Source of the DNA: Nitrospirota bacterium
Lineage (GTDB): Bacteria; Nitrospinota; Nitrospinia; Nitrospinales; Nitrospinaceae
NCBI GenBank assembly: GCA_003229345.1
Contig: QIDN01000105.1
Span: 1-25,404 of the forward strand
DNA: 25,404 nt
Reading direction: 5' to 3'
In this document: positions 17,270 through 25,404 of the stretch, piece after piece
Layout of the letters: every line of letters starts with the position of its first letter
Numbering within the stretch: the first letter of the stretch is position 1
Position numbers and translations under genes: made by a program
Notes under the pieces: generated by a model
Told to the model about the DNA's origin: nothing
Database searches by the model: none
What the model saw: the letters and a program-made list of their open reading frames with translations, nothing else

Positions 17270-18124
17270 ATGCTGGCCTTCGCTAAAGACATCACCCAAA
17301 GCCAACCGAACCATCGCGATGAGGACAAAAATCCTGAGCTGAAGAATTACATGAACTACCAGCGGAAACTGAACCACGCCCGCATTGTTTATTACTCCCT
17401 GAAACACGCCAAAAACGAACTTCAGGAAAAACTCCAGCAACTCAGGAGAAACGGTGAAAATGCGGAATCCTACCTTGAACAGGCATTTCCGTTAGCGCAT
17501 CGCTTTGCGGATGACAAGACCCTAACGTTGATGCTGAAAAAACTCGTCAGCGGTCATAATGACGATAAGCAATGGTACCGGATGAATGCTTATTACCATG
17601 CCCTGGTTTATGACTGCATGAATCAATTCATACAGAAATACAATCTATGGGTCCGCGACTCCGCCAAAGAGGCGAACGACTTCACCTTTGCGGGAGGTGG
17701 AGAAATTGATTTTGGAGATTGGACCTACTTGTATTTTCCGCATCTGGATTTTCATATCGGAGCTTCTTTGGGTCAAAACCAATACCCCTTTGCCAAGCGC
17801 AACAAAAAAATCGAAGAGGAAATCGACAAGAAAACTCAAAATGGCGAGACCTTTGAAGCGGCTCTAAAGTCCATCAGGGAGGAGTATGAGATCGAAGACG
17901 ATGTCATCAAAGTGGTCCTGCATAAAAAAATCAGCCACGACGACCTGGAGTTGTTTCACACCTCGATCAAAACTCCCATTTACGAATTGCTGACGCAACA
18001 GCAAAAGGGAAGCTGGGAAGCCCTGGACGGCGAAACTCTGATGGACCAAGCCTACAATTTCGGCTCGCAATTGAAGATATGGACCTGGGGTAAGAAAAAG
18101 AAGAACATCTTAAAATTTGTTTAA
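17270..18124 (+). CDS. Hypothetical protein B (284 aa), apparent paralogue of 1815..2486
   Basis: Longest ORF in the gap. It shares the N-terminus and the WxxxNxYxxxxxYDC and DFxxxxxxYF motifs with protein A. Confidence 0.85.
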   Translation: MLAFAKDITQSQPNHRDEDKNPELKNYMNYQRKLNHARIVYYSLKHAKNELQEKLQQLRRNGENAESYLEQAFPLAHRFADDKTLTLMLKKLVSGHNDDKQWYRMNAYYHALVYDCMNQFIQKYNLWVRDSAKEANDFTFAGGGEIDFGDWTYLYFPHLDFHIGASLGQNQYPFAKRNKKIEEEIDKKTQNGETFEAALKSIREEYEIEDDVIKVVLHKKISHDDLELFHTSIKTPIYELLTQQQKGSWEALDGETLMDQAYNFGSQLKIWTWGKKKKNILKFV

Positions 18125-18546
18125 AGCGTTTCATCGGGATTGATGGGTTTCTGGATGGTGGGGATTTTAAATTTGAGGGATTCCGGTGGTTTGTGGGCGC
18201 CCTTGCCTACTGCTTTCAGATGCGCATCTTTTTCCAGCACTTCGAGGCCGATCCGGATCTTGCCCTTGTGCAGGCGTACCGGGTAGATTTTGGTTTTCAT
18301 GAACGGGTTCTGCCGGCAGTACCCGGTTTCCAGATCGTACCGCCATTCGTGGTTGGGACAAATGATGACGCCTTCCTCGATCCGCCCCTCCCCCAAAGGC
18401 GAACCTTTGTGCAGGCACTTGTTGGCAATGGCGAAATACTTGCCCTTGTAATTAAACAGGGCGATTTCGTCCTCTCCCGCGGAGATGATAGCAGACTTGC
18501 CGGGAGGCAACTCCTCCTCATCCATGACCTTGACAAATTTCAACAT
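18121..18546 (-). CDS. Rieske [2Fe-2S] ferredoxin (NirD/BphF-like) with C-terminal extension
   Basis: NKCLHKGSPL (CxH) and ICPNHEWRYD (CxxH), plus EIALF and YPVRL. AAAGG RBS. The stop overlaps that of the convergent gene B. Confidence 0.9.
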   Translation of the reverse strand: MLKFVKVMDEEELPPGKSAIISAGEDEIALFNYKGKYFAIANKCLHKGSPLGEGRIEEGVIICPNHEWRYDLETGYCRQNPFMKTKIYPVRLHKGKIRIGLEVLEKDAHLKAVGKGAHKPPESLKFKIPTIQKPINPDETL

Positions 18547-18590
18547 GACAACCTTTTATATTCACTCCAACTCCTAAGAGACTGGAGTTA

Positions 18591-19982
18591 TCATTTTTGT
18601 TGTGCGGCTTCCTGCGCCTTCTTTTCCAATTCCTTCTTCATATCCGCTTCCGATAGATATTCATATTCGCAGTGCGAGAAAATCAGATTCAACGCCTTCT
18701 GTCCCAGAATGCGATTGCTGGTCTGGGTCATATAATCCTGGCTGGAGAACAGGGATTGCTTCACCTCTTCCACCGATTTTTTGGTTTCCTCGGCCAGACG
18801 TTTGTACTCCTCCTCCATGTCCGACTGCGCGACATGGAGGTTCTCGGCCTTGGCGATGCCTTCCAGAATGACGTAGCCCTTGGCGTTGAACTCCGCGCGT
18901 GGGCGCCATTCCTGTTCCGCCTGCTCCGGATTGAAGCCCGAATCCTCCAGCTTCATGCCTGATTGCTGGATCTGGAATTTCATCCCTTCAATCATGAACT
19001 TCAATTCCTGTTTGATCAGCGACTCCGGAGTCTCGATATCGTGCTCCTTCACCAGGTAATTGAAAATATCCTGCTTGATGCGAACCTCCTCGGCATGCTC
19101 CTTCATGTTCTGGATGCCGGTCTTGACATTTCGACGGAAAGACTTGACTGACTCTTCTCCCTGTTGCTGAACGAACTCATCCGTCAACTCCGGCAGGTTC
19201 TTCTTTTTTATTTCCTTGATACGCACTTGAAACGTCGCCAGGTCATCCGCTTCCTGTTCTGTCGCTCCCGGAATTGGCATGCTCACCCGCCGCAGTTTCT
19301 TGTTCCAGTCGACTGGAAGAGTGACTTTGACTTCGAACTCCTCGCCCACCTTATGACCGATCAACTGGTCTTCAAATCCGGCGATCATTTTTTTCTCACC
19401 AACACACATTGGATAATCCTCGGCGTCACTATTTTCCAGCGGCTCATTGCCGAGATAGCCTTCGAAATTCATCACCAGATGATCACCCAACTGGACCTCA
19501 TGACCCTCCCGGAAAATTTCAAACGCTCCGAACGGTTCCAAATGTTTATGAATGGAGGCTTCAACCTCGGCATCGGTCACTTCAAACAGCGTCTTTTTAA
19601 ATTTCAGTCCCTTATAATTCTTGAATTTGACTTCCGGTTTGATGTCCAACACCACCGAAAAAGAGAACGGTTTGTCTCTCTTGATTTCATTGATTGCGGA
19701 ATGGTCGATCTCCGGCGGCCCGGCGGGAACCATCCCGGTTTCCATGAGCGCCTTGTCGTAATACTCCTGCATCAGCCCCTGCCATAACTCAGACATGGAC
19801 TCCAAAGGCACCTGCTTTTCGAGGATGTCCTGTGGAATTTTACCCGAACGAAAGCCCGGCATTTTAACCTGCTTGTTGATTTCCTTGTAAGCACGGGTAA
19901 TCCTTTGCGCCACCACATTCCCCGGTATTTCGATGTCCAGCTTGCGCCGGGTCCCTTCCAATTCTTCTACTTTGAATTCCAT
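18591..19982 (-). CDS. tig: Trigger factor
   Basis: Ribosome-binding motif MPGFRSGKIP, FKBP domain (MNFEGYL, MIAGFEDQLIGHKVGEEFEVKVTLP) and LPELTDEF; 463 aa. Confidence 0.93.
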   Translation of the reverse strand: MEFKVEELEGTRRKLDIEIPGNVVAQRITRAYKEINKQVKMPGFRSGKIPQDILEKQVPLESMSELWQGLMQEYYDKALMETGMVPAGPPEIDHSAINEIKRDKPFSFSVVLDIKPEVKFKNYKGLKFKKTLFEVTDAEVEASIHKHLEPFGAFEIFREGHEVQLGDHLVMNFEGYLGNEPLENSDAEDYPMCVGEKKMIAGFEDQLIGHKVGEEFEVKVTLPVDWNKKLRRVSMPIPGATEQEADDLATFQVRIKEIKKKNLPELTDEFVQQQGEESVKSFRRNVKTGIQNMKEHAEEVRIKQDIFNYLVKEHDIETPESLIKQELKFMIEGMKFQIQQSGMKLEDSGFNPEQAEQEWRPRAEFNAKGYVILEGIAKAENLHVAQSDMEEEYKRLAEETKKSVEEVKQSLFSSQDYMTQTSNRILGQKALNLIFSHCEYEYLSEADMKKELEKKAQEAAQQK

Positions 19983-20005
19983 TTACCGTCTCTTAATAAA
20001 ATAAA

Positions 20006-21166
20006 TTAATCAGGGACCACCTGCGCTCCATACTTCTCTTCGATCAGCCGGTCGAGTTCTTCTCTGAGCTTCCCCAGAATTTCATCGTAGCTGAACGCTC
20101 CGACTTCCTCCGTACCTTTTTTCAGGTTGACGTGAGCCGGACCGCACCAGAGACCGAGATCGGCGTCGTCAGTTTCACCGGGGCCGTTCACCCGGCACCC
20201 CATGACCGCGATGGTGATCTTGTATTTCTCGGCGTATTCGGTCATTCTACGCACATCCTGCGCTAAATCCACAAATTTTCCATTCTCGACCCGGGAGCAA
20301 CTGGGACAGGCGATAATGTTCAGACCCTCCAGAAAGTTCTCCGGAACGGACCTGAACCTCCCATCTTCAATATCTTGGAGTATAGAGCGCCCTACGACGA
20401 TTTCCTCGCCTTTGTCGTCGTCGGGAACAGTGAGGGATACCCGGATGGTATCGCCGATTCCCGCCGGAATCAATTGCTCAAACGCGATTCGGGTTTTGAT
20501 GACTCCCTCTGGCGGCATCCCCGCTTCGGTGACCCCAAGATGCAAAGGCACATCCGGCCGCTCCGCCGCGAAGCGCTTGTTGGCCTCAATCACTTCCTTG
20601 TAATCCGAATTTTTGAGAGAAACACAATAATTCTCAAACCCCAGGTCGTCCAGTAATTCGCAATGATCCACCGCGCACCGGACCATGGCCTCTATAGGAT
20701 CGTCTGGATACTGGGCTTTGTACTCGGGGTCCACTGATCCGGAATTGACCCCGATCCGGATAGCGCAATCGTTTTCCTGGGCGGCGTTTACGATGAATTC
20801 GACCTTTTCCGGAATGCTCAGGTGCTTGTCGAGATGATATAAGTGACCGGGATTGTACCGGATTTTATTCACATAAGGGGCCACCAGCGGCGCCAGCCGG
20901 TAATTTTCCTGCAGGTCCACTGAAAATACCGCTTTGGAAGCCTGCCTGAGGGTCTTCAGGGCCTCGACGTCCTCTTTGCTGTCGACGGCGATGCGGATGA
21001 TATCGGCGCCGGCCTTTTCAAGAATCTGGATTTGCCGGGCGGTGGCATCGATATCCACAGTCCGGGTGGCGGTCATGCTTTGTACGGCTATCGGAGAATC
21101 ACCCCCAATCGTCAGAGAGCCGACACGGATTTTTCGGGTTTTACGAGGTTGGATTTGCGAATTCAC
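20006..21166 (-). CDS. ispG: (E)-4-hydroxy-3-methylbut-2-enyl-diphosphate synthase (MEP pathway)
   Basis: [52 protein letters not shown] and [15 protein letters not shown] 21166 preferred over the track start at 21247. Confidence 0.95.
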   Translation of the reverse strand: MNSQIQPRKTRKIRVGSLTIGGDSPIAVQSMTATRTVDIDATARQIQILEKAGADIIRIAVDSKEDVEALKTLRQASKAVFSVDLQENYRLAPLVAPYVNKIRYNPGHLYHLDKHLSIPEKVEFIVNAAQENDCAIRIGVNSGSVDPEYKAQYPDDPIEAMVRCAVDHCELLDDLGFENYCVSLKNSDYKEVIEANKRFAAERPDVPLHLGVTEAGMPPEGVIKTRIAFEQLIPAGIGDTIRVSLTVPDDDKGEEIVVGRSILQDIEDGRFRSVPENFLEGLNIIACPSCSRVENGKFVDLAQDVRRMTEYAEKYKITIAVMGCRVNGPGETDDADLGLWCGPAHVNLKKGTEEVGAFSYDEILGKLREELDRLIEEKYGAQVVPD

Positions 21167-21433
21167 AGCGCGGATTCTTTCTCTAAAGGGTTGGTGGGAA
21201 TTGACAAGTAATATCAAAAGGTTATCAGAAACAGACCGGGTTCTCAATCGAATCCTATAATTCCCAAAGTCCCTCAGCCCACTTTACCGTAAGTTGCTTC
21301 CTTGGAATCACCAAGCTTTTGATTTATAGTTGTCTATTGTCAATAGCGGTTTGTTTTCCGGACATCACCTGCATATTCCTCAATCGGGTCCCAGCCATCA
21401 CCGGGACAATGGAATCACCCAAAAGGCAAATTC

Positions 21434-23314
21434 ATGAAAAAGTACCTGCTATCCATCGGCCTCCTGGCGGCACTCGCCTTATCCATAGCTTCCCCTGGCT
21501 TGGCGGGAAAAGCTTCGCACGGACTGTCGTTATACGGTCCTCAGGATCTCAAGTACAAACCCGGCCAACCCTACCGCTACGGAAATCCCAACGCCCTTAA
21601 AGGCGGGCGTCTGGTTTTGAGCGCTTTCGGTGCATTTACTAAATTAAACCCGCTATCTCTGAAAGGAGTTCCTGCCTCTTTTATCGATTTGCTGGTGTTT
21701 CAAACTCCCATGGATGGTTCAGCGGATGACAATGAGCATTTTTCCCAATACGGCAATCTGGTCGAAAAGGTGGAACTGGCTGACGACCGCCTCAGCATGG
21801 TTTATCACATCCGCAAAAACGCCAGGTTTTCCGACGGGCACCCGGTGACGGCGGACGATTTTGTGTTCTCGTTCAACCTGATCAAAAACCCTGAGTTCCA
21901 TCCTTTTTACAAACATTATTTCGCGGATATCAAACAGGCCAAAAAACTGGGCAGCTATAAGGTGAAGTACACCTTCGCCTTCTACAACCAGGAACTCCCT
22001 TTGATTGTGGGTCAAATGATCATTCTTCCCAAACATATCTATGGTCAGAAAGGCAAAAAATTCGGTTCCGATTTTGACGACAGGGCCGTCGGAAGCGGTC
22101 CTTATACGGTAAAAAAGTACGAATTCGGCAAATACATCATTTACAAGCGAAACCCCAACTGGTGGGGCAAGAATTTGGCCATCAACCAGGGCCGATTCAA
22201 CTTTGATGAAATAACCGTAAAAGTCTATCTTGATCCGGTAGCGATGCGCGAGGCATTTAAAGGGGGGGAATATGACTTGAATATGATCAACAGTTCCCGT
22301 GATTGGGCGCTGGACTATAAGGGAGATTTCGTCAAGAAGGGTTATTACTTGAGAAAGGAACTTCCTCATACTCGTGTGGCCGGTATGCAGGGCTTTGCCA
22401 TGAACCTGCGGAATCCCATTTTCAAATCGCGCAAAGTACGGGCTGCCATCGCCATGGTCATGGATTTCGATTGGAGCAACCGGAATCTGTTTTACAATCA
22501 ATACACGCGCAGTGAATGCTATTTCGACAATAACCCTGAACTAAAAGCCAAGGGCACCCCTAAAGGAGAAATCAAAGAAATACTACTTAACTTACGGAAA
22601 AAACACGGAAAACAGTACGTTCCAAAAACTGTATTCACCAAACCGGTCGGTGCCCCCGGACAGGGTATCCCGATTGAAAAAAATATTGCCCTGGCCAACA
22701 AGCTGCTCGATTCGGATGGATGGCAACGGGGTGCCGATGGCTTTCGCCAAAAGAAAGGCCAACGCTTAGATTTTGAAGTATTACTAGTCAGTCCTCTATT
22801 CCAGAGGATTGTCGAACCATTTAAAAATAATTTAAAGAAAATTGGGGTTCAGCTTACCAGCAAACTGGTGCAAGTCGCTCAATACGAGGAACGCCTGCGG
22901 GAATTCAAGTATGACATGGTAGTCACCAGCTTCCCTCAATCCCGTTCACCCGGCAACGAGCAGAGAAGCATGTGGACCAGTGAAGCGGTGAAAGTTCCAG
23001 GGTCACGCAACTACATGGGCATTGAAAACCCGGTCATCGACGAATTGGTGGATATTATTGTCAAAGCCCGAACGCGCAAGGAACTGGTGAACGCCGTTCA
23101 GGCGATGGACCGGATACTGACTCACCAATTTTATCTGGTGCCTCACTGGTATATCGGTTACGACCGCATGGTGTATTGGAATCGATTTTCACATCCAAAA
23201 ATTATTCCTTCGGCCTCGAGTCGCCAGTCTCATTTTATCGAGTGGTGGTGGTACGACAAAACCAAGGCTAAAAAATTGAAAACCGCCCGCGCATCAGGCA
23301 GATCCCTTAAGTGA
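21434..23314 (+). CDS. yejA: Peptide ABC transporter substrate-binding protein, family 5, YejA-like
   Basis: Signal peptide, HGLSLYG, ARFSDGHPVTADD, GSGPY, NFDEI, MNLRNPIF, GSRNYMGI and a terminal WWYD. It precedes yejB- and yejE-like permeases. Confidence 0.85.
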   Translation: MKKYLLSIGLLAALALSIASPGLAGKASHGLSLYGPQDLKYKPGQPYRYGNPNALKGGRLVLSAFGAFTKLNPLSLKGVPASFIDLLVFQTPMDGSADDNEHFSQYGNLVEKVELADDRLSMVYHIRKNARFSDGHPVTADDFVFSFNLIKNPEFHPFYKHYFADIKQAKKLGSYKVKYTFAFYNQELPLIVGQMIILPKHIYGQKGKKFGSDFDDRAVGSGPYTVKKYEFGKYIIYKRNPNWWGKNLAINQGRFNFDEITVKVYLDPVAMREAFKGGEYDLNMINSSRDWALDYKGDFVKKGYYLRKELPHTRVAGMQGFAMNLRNPIFKSRKVRAAIAMVMDFDWSNRNLFYNQYTRSECYFDNNPELKAKGTPKGEIKEILLNLRKKHGKQYVPKTVFTKPVGAPGQGIPIEKNIALANKLLDSDGWQRGADGFRQKKGQRLDFEVLLVSPLFQRIVEPFKNNLKKIGVQLTSKLVQVAQYEERLREFKYDMVVTSFPQSRSPGNEQRSMWTSEAVKVPGSRNYMGIENPVIDELVDIIVKARTRKELVNAVQAMDRILTHQFYLVPHWYIGYDRMVYWNRFSHPKIIPSASSRQSHFIEWWWYDKTKAKKLKTARASGRSLK

Positions 23315-23332
23315 CCTCATCCAGATAATCCT

Positions 23333-24475
23333 ATGACTACTTACATCATCCGCCGATTGTTGTTGATGTTCCCGACCCTGATCGGGATTCTGACGATCAC
23401 ATTTCTCATCATCCAGTTCGTGCCGGGCGGACCCATCGATCAAATGAGATCCCTGCTACGTGGACATGCGAGCGTGATGGGCGAAGCCGGCGGTGGAGCT
23501 ACAGGTGGCATCCAAGGCCTCAAAGCTCAAGAGATGGACCCGAAGTATCTGGAGGAGCTCAAAAAAACCTATCACCTCGACCGGCCTCTGTGGGAACGCT
23601 ACCTGCGTACCTTCATCTGGTATTCGCCGAAGGACATGAAACAACCGTTCGCCGAACGGTTTTTCAACCGCGACAACTGGGACGGGTTTCTGATGTTCAA
23701 ATTCGGCGATTCGTTCTATCGCAACAAGTCGGTGCTGGAGCTGATCATCGAAAAACTACCGGTCTCCGCTTCCCTTGGGGTCATCAGTTTTTTCATGATC
23801 TACATCATCTGCATCACCCTGGGCATCGCCAAAGCGGTGAGAAGCGGTTCTCGATTCGATACCGCTTCCAGCATAATCGTGTTGATCGGTTACAGTACGC
23901 CGGGTTTTGTTCTCGGACTCCTGCTCATCGTTTTTTTTGGACCGGGGGACCGGGCGATTGCCCACATGATACCCATTGCCGGGCTCACCTCGGTAGGCAC
24001 TCCCGGTTATGAGGAGTGGACCTCCTGGCAGAAATTCACCGATTACCTGCATCACCTGGCGGCGCCGCTGACGTGTTACATCATCGGCGGATTCGCCACG
24101 CTCACCATGCTGACCAAGAATGCAATCATTGAAGAAATGAGCAAGCAATATGTGCTGACGGCGCGTGCCAAGGGGCTGACCGAGAACACCATCCTCTACA
24201 AACATATTTTGAAAAATTCATTGATCCCGCTTATTACCGGATTCCCCATCGCCTTTTTGACCATGTTTTTTTCAGGCTCATTGCTGATCGAGCAGATCTT
24301 CACGCTGGACGGCCTGGGTCTGCTGTCGTATCAGGCCGTAATCCAGAGAGATTATCCCATCGTCTTGGGCAGTCTTTTTATTTTCACCCTGCTGTATTTG
24401 GTCGGACAATTGTTGACGGACATTTCCTACGTCCTCATCGACCGCCGAATTTCATTTGAGGAGTCGCAAGGGTAG
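23333..24475 (+). CDS. yejB: Peptide ABC transporter permease, YejB/OppB-like
   Basis: YIIRRLLLMFPTL and VPGGPIDQ, EAA loop YVLTARAKGLTE, GSLLIEQIFTLDGLGLL and RDYP. Confidence 0.88.
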   Translation: MTTYIIRRLLLMFPTLIGILTITFLIIQFVPGGPIDQMRSLLRGHASVMGEAGGGATGGIQGLKAQEMDPKYLEELKKTYHLDRPLWERYLRTFIWYSPKDMKQPFAERFFNRDNWDGFLMFKFGDSFYRNKSVLELIIEKLPVSASLGVISFFMIYIICITLGIAKAVRSGSRFDTASSIIVLIGYSTPGFVLGLLLIVFFGPGDRAIAHMIPIAGLTSVGTPGYEEWTSWQKFTDYLHHLAAPLTCYIIGGFATLTMLTKNAIIEEMSKQYVLTARAKGLTENTILYKHILKNSLIPLITGFPIAFLTMFFSGSLLIEQIFTLDGLGLLSYQAVIQRDYPIVLGSLFIFTLLYLVGQLLTDISYVLIDRRISFEESQG

Positions 24476-24480
24476 TGGCC

Positions 24481-25404
24481 ATGAAATTAAACAAGGATCT
24501 GCAGGTCAAATTTCAAAGATTCAATAGCGACAAACGGGCGCGCTACAGCCTGATCGCCTTGATGGTGATTTTTTTCCTGACCCTGCCCGCCGAGTTTCTA
24601 TGCAACGTCCGACCGATTCTTTTGGTGGTGGACGGCAAACCCTATTTCCCCATCATGTTGACTTACAGCGAGCAGGACTTTGGCGGTCCCCTTCTCTCGG
24701 AACCCGATTACAAGTCAAAACGATTTCTAAGAATCCTCAAGGGCGAATCGCCGGACGATTCCGCCACTATGGACTTGAGCGATTTTGATGAAGGGGATGA
24801 TGCCGGCCTGACATTGGGTCTGGGAGATTTTGATGACGAGGAGGACGTTTCATCTGCGCCCCTGATTTTAACTTTGGAAGATTTTGAAGAGGACGATTCC
24901 CTGACGCCGCTCCCGGAAACTGAAAGCAAAACGGCTCCAGAGTCCCCCACCATCGCACTGAAGGCTCGTGACACCTGGATGCTGTGGCCGCCCGTGCGGT
25001 ACGACTACAAGTACATCCCCAGCCACAGCATCACCGGCCGGGTCGCCCTTGCCGCACCTTACGAAACACCCTCCTCCGATGAAAGTAGAATCATCCCATC
25101 GTCCTGGCAAGACGGGCATTACCTGGGTACAGACGATCGCGGCCGGGACGTGCTGGCGCGCCTGGTTTATGGTTTTCGTATTTCCATGATTTTCGGGTTG
25201 TCGCTGGCGGTAACGGGAACCCTTCTCGGATGCCTGCTGGGCGGCATTCAGGGATTTTTCGGCGGCTGGATTGATCTTATCGGGCAACGCCTGACGGAAA
25301 TCTGGGGTTCCATCCCGCGCCTGTACATTCTGATTATTTTGAGCGCCATGCTGACGCCCTCTGCCTGGCTGTTGTTCGGAATTTTAAACCTGACGGCATG
25401 GATG
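24481..25404 (+). CDS. yejE: Peptide ABC transporter permease, YejE/OppC-like, 3'-truncated by the window edge
   Basis: My translation from ATG 24481 stays open to the window end (absent from the ORF track because it has no stop): KFQRFNSDKRARYSL, AEFLCNVRP, WMLWPPVRY, HYLGTDDRGRDVLARLVYGFRIS and QRLTEIWGSIP. Confidence 0.9.
   Translation, partial: MKLNKDLQVKFQRFNSDKRARYSLIALMVIFFLTLPAEFLCNVRPILLVVDGKPYFPIMLTYSEQDFGGPLLSEPDYKSKRFLRILKGESPDDSATMDLSDFDEGDDAGLTLGLGDFDDEEDVSSAPLILTLEDFEEDDSLTPLPETESKTAPESPTIALKARDTWMLWPPVRYDYKYIPSHSITGRVALAAPYETPSSDESRIIPSSWQDGHYLGTDDRGRDVLARLVYGFRISMIFGLSLAVTGTLLGCLLGGIQGFFGGWIDLIGQRLTEIWGSIPRLYILIILSAMLTPSAWLLFGILNLTAWM
24769..24897 (+). repeat. Three degenerate in-frame acidic repeats (L-x-DF-D/E-rich) inside yejE
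   Basis: MDLSDFDEGDD, LGLGDFDDEED and LTLEDFEEDD. The DNA cores (GATTTTGA) start at 24781, 24826 and 24880. Confidence 0.75.

Noticed and set aside
18104-18124. Protein B ends in LKFV and the Rieske protein starts MLKFV
   Set aside because: Four residues on opposite strands about 420 nt apart with different codons. Coincidence.
18569-18589. AACTCC/GGAGTT hairpin after the tig stop
   Set aside because: No U-tract on the - strand, so not called a terminator. It may be only an mRNA stability stem.
19164-19787. 207-aa + strand ORF
   Set aside because: Antisense shadow of tig with no recognisable motifs.
21719-22501. 260-aa - strand ORF, and the other 60-190 aa ORFs overlapping called genes
   Set aside because: Antisense or off-frame shadows of well-supported genes with no family motifs.
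1-25404. CRISPR arrays, IS elements, integrases, tRNA/rRNA and sigma54 (-24/-12) promoters
   Set aside because: By eye I saw no spaced direct repeats, transposase or integrase motifs, RNA gene signatures or correctly spaced TGGCAC-N5-TTGC sites in intergenic DNA. A tool-based scan was not run.

Overview
A mostly housekeeping window from a diderm bacterium, shown by Lpt genes, sigma54 and MEP-pathway ispG. A Nitrospinota or deltaproteobacteria-like lineage is my impression only and was not tested. Gene order: 3' part of glycogen phosphorylase; hypothetical A; a long + strand cluster nnr-tsaE-lptC-lptA-lptB-rpoN-hpf-ptsN-ptsI-metK; Gfo/Idh/MocA oxidoreductase; SAM methyltransferase (-); small hypothetical plus an LCAT-like lipase lipoprotein; radical SAM/SPASM enzyme (-) divergent from hypothetical B; Rieske ferredoxin, trigger factor and ispG (all -); and the start of a YejABE-like peptide ABC transporter running off the right edge. 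No mobile elements, CRISPR arrays, rRNA or tRNA were recognised. The most notable points are: (1) ptsI is broken by a single in-frame TAA at 10151-10153, in a cluster that also lacks HPr; (2) hypotheticals A and B, about 15 kb apart, look like distant paralogues of one uncharacterised family; (3) an orphan radical SAM/SPASM gene sits in a divergon with hypothetical B, with a palindrome in the shared promoter, a hairpin-rich leader and a 29-codon upstream ORF; (4) the YejE-like permease carries a thrice-repeated, strongly acidic insertion.
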